NCBI GenBank assembly: GCA_013239625.1
Contig: MU053559.1
Coordinates: 744,001-808,000, forward strand
Length of the DNA: 64,000 nucleotides
Source of the DNA: Lama guanicoe
Taxonomy: Eukaryota
Reading direction: 5' to 3'
Numbering within the stretch: the first letter of the stretch is position 1; the number at the start of each line of letters is the position of its first letter. The notes beneath the pieces are model-generated. The model searched no databases. It had not been told where the DNA came from and saw nothing but the letters and a program-made list of their open reading frames with translations. Both the position numbers and the translations under genes were made by a program. Shown here piece by piece: positions 1 to 12,547 of this stretch.

Positions 1-2620
1 TGTTCAGTAAAGGCAGGTTTTGAGACTATCTTATAAGGCTTGCTGGGTGAATTTAGTGAGGACTTCTATGTATGCTATAACGTCCCCAGACCAATGGAGG
101 GAAGAAAGATGGCAGCCAAATCATCCTATAAGTGGAAAACAGAACGTGCCCATCTGGCTTTGAGGAGAAAGAGGCTGACAGCTTTAGGAACCTGACCTGG
201 TTATGCATACATGTTGGCCAGAAAGGTGGCACTGTCAGGCATGAAAAGATGGACTCGGGGCAGGATATGCCAGAGCAGGGCTCCTTTTTTCCCTCCTCTT
301 TCAATGGTGCCTGTTCCACTCCAGTTACAGCACATTGCAACAGGTGCGGCTTACAGCAGGACAATGGGGTCCCAGCAGAGACTGAGCAGTTACCCCTTAC
401 CCAGGGGTGCAAAGGAACTCTTCCATCCCGGTGGGACATCCCACTGCAAATTCCAGTAGATAACGCCTTTCCCAGATGTGACGAGGCTTGGTCTTCTCAG
501 CAGTGCAGCATGTTGATCCACAGTTGGAGTCGGGGCAATGGCTGTCTCTCTTGACTTCCATACCTATACGGTTTTGGGTGTCTGCAAGCCACACCTGGTG
601 GGTGTCCCCAGTATGACAAATGGGGCAACTGGCCCTGCTGGTTGATCAGTCAAATCGATTAAAGCGTGGGACAGCACTTCAGTCCACCCAGCCAAAGTGG
701 TTTTACCTGTTTGCAAGTCAATCTGCCGCTTTAATATGCCCGCCTTCCTTCCTATCAACCTTGCTGTTTATGAGCTGTCAACGGGATAGAGCCTCCGTTC
801 AGTATCATGATTTTTGCCCAATCTCGCACATCATGACCTTTGAAATGAGACCCCTGATCACTGTCTAATCAATGAGGGTATCTGTACGTGGTACTCAGCT
901 CCTCTAATCCCTAACGGTGGCAGCCTGGTTTATGCGGCAACAGGGGAAAGCTTGGCTTAGGCCAGATGCAGTGTCCACACAAACCAAGGCATTTTTAGAA
1001 CTCTCGCTCAGAGGGAGGAGTCCGGTATTATCAATCTGCCAATCTCTCATCAGTTGGGAACGCCAGTGGATGGCCCCAGACTCTGTGGGCAGCTGCCTTG
1101 GGCGCTGTGTAGAACACACAGGACATTCTGTTCCTGCACTAACCGAGCCATTGCATTTCAAGGGCAACCTAGCATCTTTGGCAATAAACCATCCCACCTG
1201 GGTGCTACAGTAGCTGCTTTTCCTCTGCACCCAATCTGTTGTGTTTACTAAAGTGTCAGTTACTAGGTCATGCACCTGAGCTGGGGCATCAGCTTCCTGA
1301 TACCAGGGGGTGTCAGTGCCTCATGAACTGGGGCGTGCAAGACAGTGAGGACTGGCTCAGCCTCTTGCAGGTGAATCCAAATGTCTTTTCACATATCCTG
1401 ACCCCACGAGGGCTTATTCATGATCATCCGCCTCTCAGCTTTCCATTGGCCAAGCCACAGGGGTTAAGCCCTTTAGAACAGCCCAACTGTTGGTGCAAAG
1501 GGTTAATAGCCAGGGCTCATGAGTGATCACTGGACTGCTCTGAGTTCAGCCCACTGCCTGCTGTGGTTTGTTCCTGGTTCCAGGCATCTGTATACCCAGC
1601 ATCAGTGGGGATTTCCCCCACTCCCACTCTATAAGCTGCAGGGATCACCGTAGGAATCGGGATGGGGCATCCGGAAGATCTACATACTCTACAGGGCCTA
1701 GTAGCACCTGCATTTCTAAAGAGAGTGGGCTGGCGGACAGGGTGCTCCTTTGCTGCAAACGGGCATGTCACTAAGTCAAAGTGAGGGGTCTGAGTCATGG
1801 CAGAGGTGGGTCAATGGAACATATTCTCAATCCACCCCTGGGCAGGAAGGGATGTTCTATCATGATGCTGTTGCTTTGTGAGAGGCTCTGCCTGGAGAAG
1901 CGCTGTGGTCACTGCTAGGAGCTGCTGCTCTGGGGTGTATCAGGTTTCTGCCCCCTTTCAGAGCTGGGAACGAAATCCTAAGGGTTCTCTCCCCTGTTTT
2001 CTCTGCCATAGTGCCCCACCCATAGCTTCCAGAGTACCAGACACATGAACTCAAATGGCAGCCCTGTTTGGGAGATGCCCAGAGTTGTCATCTCCTTCGT
2101 AAGTATTTCTGCCTTCTCAAAGGCAGCCTGCTGCTCTGATCCCCAGTCCCACATGCGCCCTTTCTTTACCAAGTGGTATGGTAAAGGTAGGGAACGAAAG
2201 TCCTCCAAAACCTCACAGTCCCTACAGAGACTTGCACTGCTCTCACCTTCTTAGGGGTTAGACAGACCTGCACCTTATCAATCAAAGCTTCTGGGACAAT
2301 GCACATCTTACCTGCCCAAATGACTTCCCAAAACTTTGTGGCAGTGCTTGGGCCTTGAATTTTCCGTGGGTTCACTGCCCATCGTCTCCCTTGCAGATCT
2401 TACAGCAAAGTCTGCAGACAGTCCTGCAGCAGAAGCAACTGTTCATATGTTAGCATTATTGCATCCACGTGATGGGCACGTTGTACTGATGTGGGGAAAG
2501 AGAACAGGGACAGGTCTCAAGCTACCATCCCATGACATATTGTAGGGCTGTGAAGGTAGTCCTGGGGAAGCATTCGAAATGTCTATTGTTGCTCCTCCCA
2601 TGTGATAGCAAATTGATCTT
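1..2620 (-). mobile_element. Class III ERV (ERVL/ERV3-16A3-like) pol fragment: RT-RNaseH-integrase, decayed
   Basis: Minus-strand remnants: DQFAITWEEQQ*TFRMLPQDYLHSPTICH (RT LPQG motif, ~2530-2610), NPRKIQGP..KF, WDWGSEQQAAFEKA, and integrase CPVCS...WQID...VCVDTASGLSQAFP. Many stops and frameshifts. Confidence 0.85.
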
Positions 2621-3585
2621 AGTTATCAGAAATCTGTACCTGTCAGTCTTTTCCATGAATCTACTTGAAGATGAAAGGACTTTTGCAGGAACATTTTTGC
2701 AAAAGCATCAGAGTGAAATAGTAACTGTTTCACTTCATAAATCACAAAACATTTAAAAGTGGCCATGGTTAAAGATCTGATGAGAGTTGATTATAATGGA
2801 ATTGACAAGGAAATTTGGTTACTTCTGTGACATTCTTTTAAAAATAATAACTAGAATTATGACCGATAACATTATACCAGGACATTATCAGAATTTTAGG
2901 AATTTCATACAATTTCTGGAACATTTATATTAATAACATATTTATAGAAATATAACTTAAGAAAGTTTAATATCACTTCTTATTTGACAATGCTTCCCAT
3001 ATAATTTAACATAGTAAGTAAATCTAATTAGTTAAATACCTCTCTTTTACAAGGAGAGAGAACATATCTTTTGAGATGTTCCAGGGGCCCTCTGGAAAAA
3101 TCCCAAAGTTGCTTTGAGGTTAAAAAGACTTTACTTAGAATTTGATTCTTGGGACATTTATACAAAATATCGAAAGGTTTAAAAACAATTTAAGTAGAAT
3201 TACAGATCACTGTGAAATGATACTTATTCTTTTAACCAAAGTAACAACTAAAGACTTCAAAGGCAAATACAGAAAATTATGTAGTTGTTTAAAAAAAACT
3301 CAAAACACTTAGCTCTTTAAGAAGAGACGATTCAGTTTTCTTAAGTAATCACAGACCAGAAAAACACAACATAAAGCACAGGAAGTTATTTTGATAAAAC
3401 CCAGAATCTTTGTTTTCTAGGCAGATTCCTTAAAAGGTGGGGAAAAACCATTCAGTCTTAACAAGAACAGACCAATACTCCAAGACAAAGTTATCCTAGC
3501 AGATTAAAGAAAGTTAAGTTTTAGTTTTATATAAATACACAATTGATATTAAAGCTTGTTTTCCTTCAAGCTAATTAAATAGAGC
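2621..3585 (-). mobile_element. ERV1 MER4-group non-autonomous internal sequence
   Basis: AT-rich tract with motifs typical of MER4/MER34-type internals (ttgacaaggaaatttggtt, ttatttgacaatgcttcccat, ttccaggggccctctggaaa). Confidence 0.6.
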
Positions 3586-3589
3586 TCAT

Positions 3590-4005
3590 TTATCACCTCA
3601 CCCCAGCTGGAATGGCCATCATTTAAAAGTCTACAAATGATAAATGCCAGAGAGGGTGTGGAGAAAAGGAATCTAAAAAAAAAATGACAAATGAACTTAT
3701 TTACAAAACAGATACAGACTCACAGACATAGAAAACGAAGTTATGGTTACCAGGGTGGGAAGGGGGTGGGAAGGGATAAATTGGGAGTTCGAGATTTGCA
3801 GATACTAATATATATAAAATAGATAAACAACAAGTTAATACTATATAGCACAGGGAACCATATTCAATATCTCATAGTAACTTACGGTGAAGAAGAATGA
3901 GAACGAATGTATGTATGTTCCTATGTGACTGAAGTATTGTGCTGTACACCAGAAACTGACACATTGTAAACTGACTGTACTTCAATAAAAAATATTAAAA
4001 AAATA
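3590..4005 (+). mobile_element. Young L1 3' end with internal deletion
   Basis: ORF2 C-terminal YHLTP sequence joined directly to the 3'UTR; ends ...tacttcaataaaaaa; homologous to 49531-50345. Confidence 0.85.
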
Positions 4006-4965
4006 AAATCACAATCAAGATACCATTTTATATGCTACAATTAAAATGACTGACCATAGCAAATGTTGTGAAGGATATAGAGCAACTGGAACTCTCATAA
4101 GTGATGGTGGGCATGTAAAATGGTGCAGCCACAATTTGCCATTTTCTCAAAAAATTAAACATACACTTATCATACTATCAAGCAAGTCCACTCCTACCCA
4201 TTTGCCCAAGAGAAATGAAAACACATATCCACACAAAGACATTTATGTGACAGTTCATAGCAGCATTACTCATAATAGCCAAAATTGGAAACATTCCAAA
4301 TGTCCATCAACTGGTGCACGAGTAATATGGTATATTCATAGAATGAAATGTTACTTACTCAGCAACAAAAAGGAAAGAACTACTTATGTAACACCACAAA
4401 TGAACCTCAAAAATACTTTTATAGGTGAAAGAAGCCAGACTCAAGAGTATACATACAGTTGACCCTTGAAAAATGTGGAGGTTAGGGGGTTAGGGGCATC
4501 TGAGCATAACATATAGTTAGCCCTCTGTATCCACAGTTCCTCATTCCCCTTCGTTCTGCACATAGGATTCAATCAACTGTGGATCATGTAGTACTGCAGT
4601 ATTTACTATTGAAAAAACTCTATATAAATGGACATGCACAGTTCAACCATGTTTTCTTCAAGGATCAACTGTGTGTGTGTGTGTATGTGTATATGTATAA
4701 TATGATGCAGTACGATTCCATTTACATGAAACTCCTAGAAGAGGTAACTCTATAGCAACGGAAAGCAAATAGATCAGTGGGAGCCTGCGTCTGGGAACAC
4801 CATGAAAACTACAAACCAGCATGCGGCAGCTACTTGGGGTGATGGAAGTGTTCTAAACTGATTCGTGATGATAGCTGCAGAAATTCATCAATCATCATTC
4901 AACTGTATGTACACATATAACAAGTGAATTGTATGGTATGTGAATTGTAACTTCAATAAGGCTTA
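4006..4965 (+). mobile_element. Old L1M (L1MB/MC-type) 3' region
   Basis: ORF2-end remnants HKDIYVTVHSSITHNSQNWKHSKCPSTG plus 3'UTR; interrupted by a Tigger MITE. Confidence 0.8.
4456..4671. mobile_element. TcMar-Tigger MITE (MER8/Tigger2-like)
   Basis: TIRs cagttgacccttgaa and ttcaaggatcaactg, preceded by TA. Confidence 0.8.
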
Positions 4966-5284
4966 ACATTTTTCTTTGATTTTCAAAGCAGCACTCTGGT
5001 CATACAAGTGAATGCTTTCATTCTAAAGAGATTCACACTGAAGTTTCATTCACACTGAAGGGTCACAATGTCTGCAACTTGACTCTCAAATAGTTAAAGA
5101 AAACAATCTAGAGATTGAGAGAGAAAAATAAAGCAACTGGGGCAAAAAGCCAGAAACTGGTGAGTGTGGATAAAGATTATATCAGATTTTTCTGTAGTAT
5201 TCTTGTAATTTTTTGTACGTGTGAAGTAATTCTTTAGAAAGTTAAAGAAATTCATTGAAAATCATGTATCTGCATGAATGCTTT

Positions 5285-5385
5285 AAAAAATTTTTTTATT
5301 TTATTGAGTTAAAGTCAGTTTACAATGTTGTGTCAATTTCCGGTGCAGAGCACAATTTTTCAGTCATACATGAATGTACATATAT
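5285..5385 (-). mobile_element. Short L1 3' tail with TSD
   Basis: Flanked by a tgcatgaatgcttt direct repeat (5271-5284 / 5386-5399). Confidence 0.85.
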
Positions 5386-5627
5386 GCATGAATGCTTTTT
5401 GTAACCTGCGATTTCTCTGTGAAATCAGGGAATTCAGGACGTCATTCTGTGCTCAGTCTCTGCTTCGCCCAGTGTTACTGCTGGGACCTGAAGAGAGAGA
5501 GCAGGCAAAGGTAGATCTTAAAAAGCTGCTTTGATCAAACAGTGTACGAAACCTGCTGCAATCCCCACATGGGGAATGGAACCTGGGTAGCGTAGGTGAA
5601 AAAAACAGGAAGCCTGTTTTGCTAGAT

Positions 5628-5965
5628 CAGAGTCCACAGACTATATATGGTCTTTGAGCCAAACCCAGTCTGCCATTTGTTTTTCTATGGCCTGTGAGCT
5701 AAGAATGCTTTCCCATTTTTAAATGATTGGAAAAGATACCAAAAGAAGAGTTTTTGATATGTGACAACTTGGTGAAACTCAAACTTTAGTGCCCATAAAT
5801 AAAGTCTGATTAGAACACAGCCAGGCCCATTTTTTAACAAACTGTCCCTGGCTGCTTTCCCACTACAACAGCAGAGTGGAGTAGATGGGACAGAGACCAT
5901 ACGTGGCACATAAAGCCTAAAATAGTTACTACCTAGCCATTCAAAGAAAAAGCTTGCTGACTCCT
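5628..5965 (+). mobile_element. hAT-Charlie MER58(B)-like
   Basis: ggcctgtgagctaagaatg...cactacaacagcagag...aagcctaaaata...aaaaagcttgctgactcct. Confidence 0.75.
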
Positions 5966-5999
5966 ATACCAGACCACATAAAACACAGTTTCTTTAGGT

Positions 6000-6144
6000 C
6001 AGTAGTTCTCAGCTGGGAACAATTTTGTCCCTCAGGGGCCATTTGGAGATATGATGGCTAACATCCTATAACGCACAGGTCAGCCCCTGCAACAAAGAAT
6101 GATCCAGTCCCAGGTGTCAATAGTGCTGGTGTTAGAAACCCTGG
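6000..6144 (+). mobile_element. hAT-Charlie MER20
   Basis: cagtagttctca...caacaaagaatgatccagtccc...gtcaatagtgc...gaaaccctg. Confidence 0.8.
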
Positions 6145-6734
6145 TCCAAAAGACTCAGGGCCGGCTACCTTGGCTTCACCCTGAGTAAGCTAAATATTTC
6201 ACTTCTGCCCTTGACTCCACCTGTCTGTCCAGCCTCCACATCCCTACCCCACATGCTACCACAGCCTGCCTCCCTGCAAGACATGGTCCCAGTAGGCCCT
6301 GCATGCAGCCCTCCCAGTTCCCCATCAGCTTCCTGACCTCCCGTCCTTGGGGCCATGCTCTACAGTCCTCTGTGATCTCATCTAATTCCATACAGCACCG
6401 CCCTCCCATCTCTCCACTGGTCAGGCTGGTTCTGCTCACAGCCCCCCCCCCCATAATTCTCCAGGCCCAGCCCAGGAGGGTCTCAGTGGCAAGTCCATTC
6501 CCAAGGCTGGGCTGGGCAGAAGCTGCACTTCACACCATACTCACTGACCCCCTCCCAAGTTTTGTCCTGGGGGGCCTTGTGTGCTTGGGGCAGAGCCATC
6601 TGAGTCCGGGTAGGGTATCTGGGGATCTGTCCACTTCTGTCACTGCCCTCCATCCAGAACACCGAGGCAGAAAGTTCATTGTGGGTTGGGTCCTTGGGAG
6701 AGAGGGTGCTGCACAGTGGCCTTGCTGTTAGGTC

Positions 6735-7190
6735 TGGCTTTGGGACTAGAGTCACCCACATGAATCCCACCTCAGATGCTTGGGACATGTAGAGACTTGG
6801 ACACCTTATCCCTAGGCCTCTCCATGACTCGATGTCCCAATTTGTGACAAGGTCAGAGCAATCACAACCACTGTGTGGGATGGTTTTGAGGATGACAGAC
6901 ACCAGAAGTGATTTTTCCTAGAATATGGTAGTAAGAAGGGAGTCCAGAATGAGGCTGTGACTATCCCGAGGGGCTGGGAGGGTACCTAAGGAGAGAATGG
7001 GGCATCCTGCTTGGGGGAGATGGGGTTAGGCATGTGATTACAGAAATAATAGTAATGCTAATGATAGCTTCCACTCATGCAGCCTTTTCTGTCCCAAACA
7101 CTGTGCTTCCAGGTCTTTCCAACAACAAGCTTGTTTAATCCTCCCCAATGCCCTGTGAGGTAAGTATCTCCGTTTTACAGGTCAAATGTT
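6735..7190. mobile_element. Two MIR fragments (~6735-6900 +; ~7050-7190 -)
   Basis: Degenerate MIR core motifs (ggctttgg...aatcccacctc; tttaatcctc...ccctgtgaggtaagta...ttttacag). Confidence 0.55.
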
Positions 7191-7732
7191 TTAGTCACTG
7201 GAGACATCTCCCAGCTTTCAGAACCTGAGAAGTTAAAGGTCTGAGAACACACCAACCTGAAATATTCCAGTGCACAGCAAGGCCACCCTCACCCGGGTGA
7301 CCAGCCTCAGGTGCCTGGGCAAGGTCCAGCTTCTGCCAGCTGGGGTGACAGCCACAGCTAAATCTTCAGAAGTCACAGCCCATAACCTCATGTCCCTGTC
7401 CACTCCAAAGTGACCACCACTGGGTGACGTGGAATACACAGGTGGGGACTTCTCATGCCTTTCCTTTCACAGTCATACTGCTCTGTGGCGAGTTACGTAG
7501 GATTCCTACCCTCAACCGAGTCTGTGTTACACCTTGGGGAGAAAGAAAAATCCAAGAGGGCGTGATGCTTCCTGATATGAAGCACTGAGAAGGACACAAG
7601 CATCGCTTCCGTGACACTTCTGCCAGAGGTGCAGAATCTGGATCCACTCATGAGAGAACACCAGACACACCTCAGCTGAGGACGTTCTAAAAGCCCGTAA
7701 CCTTCAAAAGCATCGAGGTCATGAAAATCAAG

Positions 7733-8305
7733 TGTGTTAAGTCAGCTCAGGCTACCATGACAAAGCACCACAGATTGGGTGGTGAAACAACAGAAATTAA
7801 TTTCCCTCACAGGTCCCAAGGCCAGAAGCCTAAGATCAAGATGTCAGCAGGGTTGGTTTCATGCTGAAGCCTCTCTCTCTGGCTTGTAGACGGCCACCTT
7901 CTCCCTGGGCCTCCACGGGGTCTTTCCTCTATGTGTGCACATGTCTGTGTCCAAATTTCATCTTCTCATAAGGATACCAGTTGTACTGAATTAGGGCCTG
8001 CCCATTTGACCTCATTTAATCTTAAAAAAATTTTTTTACAGAGATTCTCACTTTATTTTAAAAAATTATAAATTTCTTTTTCTTTTCTTTCTTTTTTTTT
8101 AAATTGGCATATAGTCAGGTACAATGTGTCAGTTTCTGATGTACAGCATCATGTCCCAGTCATGCATATACGTACATATTGACTTCATTTAATCTTAATT
8201 ATCTCTTTAAAGGCATCATCTCCAAATAAGGTAGGTCACTTCTGAGGTACTGGGGGTTAGGACTTCAACATGTGAATTTTGAAGGGATGCAATTCAGCCC
8301 ATGAC
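7733..8305 (-). mobile_element. MaLR MLT1 LTR interrupted by an L1 tail
   Basis: tgtgttaagtcagctcaggctaccatgacaaagcaccacag ... ctgaggtactgggggttaggacttcaacat ... caattcagcccatgaca. Confidence 0.8.
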
Positions 8306-8473
8306 ATCAAGGAAAGATTTGAAGAACCTTTCCAGATTAAAGGGATCCAAAGAGACATGACAACTAATTCAATGTGTGAGCCTAGATTGGATCTGGGACC
8401 AGAATTGATGAAAACAAATGAGGCTATACTGTGGTATCAATGTCAAATTTCCTGATTTTAATAACTACTACAC

Positions 8474-8738
8474 TGTATTGGACTGAATGTTTGTGTCCTT
8501 CACCGATTTCATATGTTGAAGCTCCAGCCCCTCAGTATGGCTGTATTTAGAGATGGGGCCTCTGAGGAAGTAATTAAGGTTAAGCAAGGTCATAAGGGTG
8601 GGGCCCTGATCTGAGAGGATCTGTGTCCTTATAAGAAGAGACATCGGAGAGCACTTTTGTACTCTTGTTCTCTATGGGCATCCACCCGGAAAAGGGCATG
8701 TGGGGACACAATGAGAAAGCAGCCAACTGCAAGCCAGG
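8474..8738 (+). mobile_element. MaLR (MLT1A/MST) LTR 5' part
   Basis: tgtattggactgaatgtttgtgtcc...catatgttgaag...ggtcataagggtgggg...gtccttataagaagag. Confidence 0.8.
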
Positions 8739-9122
8739 ATCATCTTAGCTGGCCCTCCATCATGCAAGCACAGCTCACACTGTCACATCTCCTCATCCTT
8801 GTCCATGTCACTCCTCCCTCCTGGAATTTCTCCTGGTCTCTGAAGTTAGTCTACCAAGTCCTTCCCATTCTTTAAGAACCTGCTCAAAATAACATGGCCT
8901 GAACTCCACGATACTAGGCTCATCCCTGTCTGTCCTGTGCTAGTCATATCCTGCTTGAAATCATTGGTATTTTTTTTACCTTGTCTCCCCTGAGAGACCT
9001 GAGGACTGAGACCATGATGGATCTCCTTCAGAGCCCTGGCCAATGGCTTGCCTATGATTCTTTTTAAAGAGATTTTTCCTTCCAGCTTTTTTGAGATATA
9101 ATTGACCTACAGCACTATATAC

Positions 9123-9243
9123 TTTTTTGGAGGTGGGTAATTAGGTTGTATGTATGTGTGTATTTGATGAAGGTACTGGGGATTGAGCCCAGGACCTCAT
9201 GCTTGCTAGGCACATGCTATGCCACTGAGCTCTACCCTGCCCC
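9123..9243 (-). mobile_element. tRNA-Ala-derived camelid SINE (Vic-1-like)
   Basis: Reverse complement GGGGCAGGGTAGAGCTCAGTGG...CTGGGCTCAATCCCCAGTACC...ACCTAATTACC; degenerate A/B boxes. Confidence 0.85.
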
Positions 9244-9984
9244 TGCTGCCTATGATTCTTAAACAACTTGGAACAAGAACATCCAATGTCTACCACTCAA
9301 TCACTAGGTGCAGATGCAGTGCCGTAGAAATTACATACCTCCTGTCATTGAATCCTCACAGCTCACCTGTGAGGTTGGCAGATGAAATCAGGAATGGCCA
9401 CTGGGTCTGGGAAAGAGCTACAGAGCAGGATGGGGGAAGGAGCAAGGTCGGACCCAGGGGACCTACCTCCTTGATCTTAACCACCATCCTACCCACCATA
9501 GACTGATAACCTCTGCTGCAGTGACTCTGCCCAGAGCACAGGAAGAATCTGAACTGTGGGCAGAGGCTCTTCTGGGTCCCACTGGCCATGTTAACCACAT
9601 TGGCACTAAGAATGGCGGGCTCTTTTAAGCTGAAGCTTCAGTGACTCTTACTTGGTGGAGCAGCCTTATGTAGGTAGGAATTTCCATTTGCCAACTGAGA
9701 ACCAGACTGGCCCTGATGAATGAGAGCAGAACTGGGCAGGGATGCTGTCACTCTTGGCCTTGGCCCACATCAGGATGTCAGAGGCACGTCAGGGAGAAAA
9801 GGCATCGGAAGAGTCCAACCCAGTGACAGGGGCCTTGGAGCTCACTGTTTGGGACACAGGTCTAGACAAAGCGGGAGACAGAACAGGTGCCGTACAGATG
9901 AAGCATTACTAGTTGTGTACTTTGAACAGTTCTAATGTATAGGTAAAAAAATCTTGCCCTTTCCACATGTCTCTGTATGACTGG

Positions 9985-10420
9985 GGTAGACGTTGTTGGG
10001 TCCCTTTATGCACCAGTGCACTGCCCCCTGCCACCTATGGTCAGAGTTATCTGCTAAGGGTTCACACTGTCCTTCCTCCAGAGAATTGCCTTGGTCAACA
10101 GGAGTCACTTTGCGCCAAATGTCCTCCCCTCACATCCCTCATTCCCAGGGGTTGGGGGAATTCAGAGTCAATTACTAACAGTGGGTACCCAAGGCCCAGG
10201 CCAACTGCCTGAAATCAGATCAACTCTATGGCGTCTTCCATGCTCCCAAGCTCCCTGTGAGATCAGGCCAAGGCCACACTTTACTGAAACCACATACTTG
10301 CTAGGCTTCTTCCTGTTTCCCTCACCCCTCCACACATTCCCCTAAGAGCTCTCCCTCATCAAATCACCTGAACCCGAATTTCTATCTCAGGTCCTGCTGC
10401 TGGTGAACCAGCCAAAAGCA
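9985..10420 (+). mobile_element. ERVL LTR16-like solo LTR
   Basis: gagaattgccttgg...aaggcccaggcc...gctccctgtgagatcaggc...tctcagg...gaaccagccaaaagca. Confidence 0.65.
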
Positions 10421-10529
10421 GTAAGCAACCAACCGTGGTATGCCTTTCACCTCTTCAAGTGTGTGTAGGTGTATGTATGCATATGTGTGAATAAAACAGG
10501 GCTCATGTTCATAGGTTTCTCGAAAGCTT

Positions 10530-10985
10530 GACTTCACGCCTACTTCCCTGCCACCTGTTCCCTCTGCTCCAGCCATGCAGCCCTGGAATCAGCAGATAAA
10601 CTCTCACCCCAGGGCCTTTGCACCTGCTGTCTCCCCACCTTGAAATGATTTTCCTCCAGGTATCTGCATGGCTCATTGCCTCACCTCCCTCAAGCGTTTG
10701 CTCAAATGTCTCTTTCTGGTGAGACCTCACTATTTACAATGACACCCCCTCACATATCTACTCTCTCCTCCTTCCCTGCGATACAGTTCTCCATAGTGAT
10801 AACCACCATCTAATATACTATATATTCCTTTATGTTGTTTATTGTGTGTCTATTTCTACTCCCTCCTGCCCCCAGTAGAAAATAAAGTCTGTGAGAGTAG
10901 GGGGTTTTGTCTGCTTTGTTTATGGCTGTCTCCCAGCACCTAGAATAGTCTCTGGCACATAACAAGCACTCAAGAAATAATTTTT
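10530..10985 (+). mobile_element. L2 3' end
   Basis: cagggcctttgcacctgctgt...ctcaaatgtc...cccagcacctagaatagtctctggcacataacaagcactcaagaaata. Confidence 0.8.
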
Positions 10986-11526
10986 GACTACACCAAGTTT
11001 CCTCTCACAAACCAAGGCCATCTCTCTCTGTGTATCCGGTACTGACGGCATGCCCTTGCTTTTGGCCTCTGTTAAGCCTATGCTACACTAGAAACATTTG
11101 GGGTATAAAAATTGTAAGTAAAATAAGTAACTTCTCCATACATTCGACCCAAGTAACCACTGCCCTTTAGAGCAAACAGAAGAAAATGCGAAATATCTAC
11201 TTGTAAAGAGGAGTTGATTTCTTTTTGTTGTCTGTGAAGGAATTTGCCTCTTTTAATAAATCACACCCCAGGGCCTTCAGGGTGTCCTGAAATTGGGAAG
11301 AATTCCCTGGTGAGGTGGGGCGGTTGAACAAGTGGTACTGACTCAGTTTCCTGAAAGTTACCTTCCCTCTGTGGCGCTCTCTATGCCACAACTGTGATGT
11401 TGAAAGCAGTTTTTGGAATGAAGGATGGACGAATCCAGCTCACTTTGCGATTGCCCCCATTCCCACGGGCATGCACATCTCACAGGCAAACAGAACTCAT
11501 AGGGTGGCCATTCCCAGGCCAGGCAG

Positions 11527-11858
11527 GAACTCTGTGAAAACTCTTTGGTTCACAGAGCAGAGTGGCTGGTGATGGGGCACACTGAGTTCACTGAGAACAT
11601 TGTCATCCTGGACAATGAGGATATTTATAAAGTGTGAGTGTGTTCATGTGAGCAGAGGGAAAGATGTAGGAGAGAGACACCAACTGCCCCAGGAGCCAGC
11701 TCCTGAGAGGCAGCAGAGAGGACAGAAACGACAGGACTGTGGCTCTTTTTCTCCAGGCACCTTGGTGCTAGTCCACCTCTGTTGACTGTGTTCATATCTC
11801 CTCTCTGCAGATGACCTTGAACCAGATTCTCCAGCTTGAAAGACTCAAGGGAATGTGA
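11527..11858 (+). pseudogene. Putative decayed KRAB-A + KRAB-B exon pair
   Basis: 11527-11633 reads ELCENSLVHRAEWLVMGHTEFTENIVILDN then GTGAGT. After a 177-bp intron and a strong acceptor (ctcctctctgcag), 11811-11858 reads EPD/ILQLERLKGM*, similar to KRAB-B KPDVILQLEQGKEPW. Confidence 0.4.
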
Positions 11859-12547
11859 AATGCAGCATCACTGGAGCCTGAGCTCATTATCTTTGGTGTC
11901 ATCACCTTCTCAAGACCTGCCCGCCCCCACTGTGCTTAGCCTTGAACTGCCCCTTCCCTTTCCCCACCTCACCTGTCAATCAGTGGCCAGGCCCATTCAC
12001 TCTGCCAGCACTCCTGCCCTCCACTCCATCCTCACACGACTTCTGCTTCCATGCCCCTGTCTGCCCTCCACACGATGCAGCTCCAGACTCCCTCCCGGTC
12101 CTCCCACCTCCCACGAACCACTCCAGGTGTCTAAGGTGAAGCTTTGGTCCCATCCCTCAACTAGAGACCTTTAATGGCTCCACTAGATCTGCTGCACACA
12201 ACCCAACCCAAACTCAGCTTAGTCACCACAAGACTGTCCTATTCATCCTCTTCTCCCAAGAAGTCCCTCAGAGCACCCCACACGTAGTTGGTGCTGCAGT
12301 GACCTTTGTGACGTTGGTCTGGATTAACACTCACCTACAACAGTAATCGGAAGGGGAAGGAGCCAACGTCTGCTGAGCACCCACTACATTCCAGACAATG
12401 AACTAGGTGCCTATGAGTTCTATTTCCTTTTGACACCTGTTTCAACATGTTTGCAGATGGAAAAGGGAAATGCAGAGAAAATTGTTACAGTAAAAGCTCC
12501 TGTGATGCAAGGCCATCAACTAACATTTCTCCCTATCTACATGATCA

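Noticed and set aside
1..13. tgttcagtaaagg also at 26919-26931
   Set aside because: A 13-bp match without extension between unrelated elements; treated as chance.
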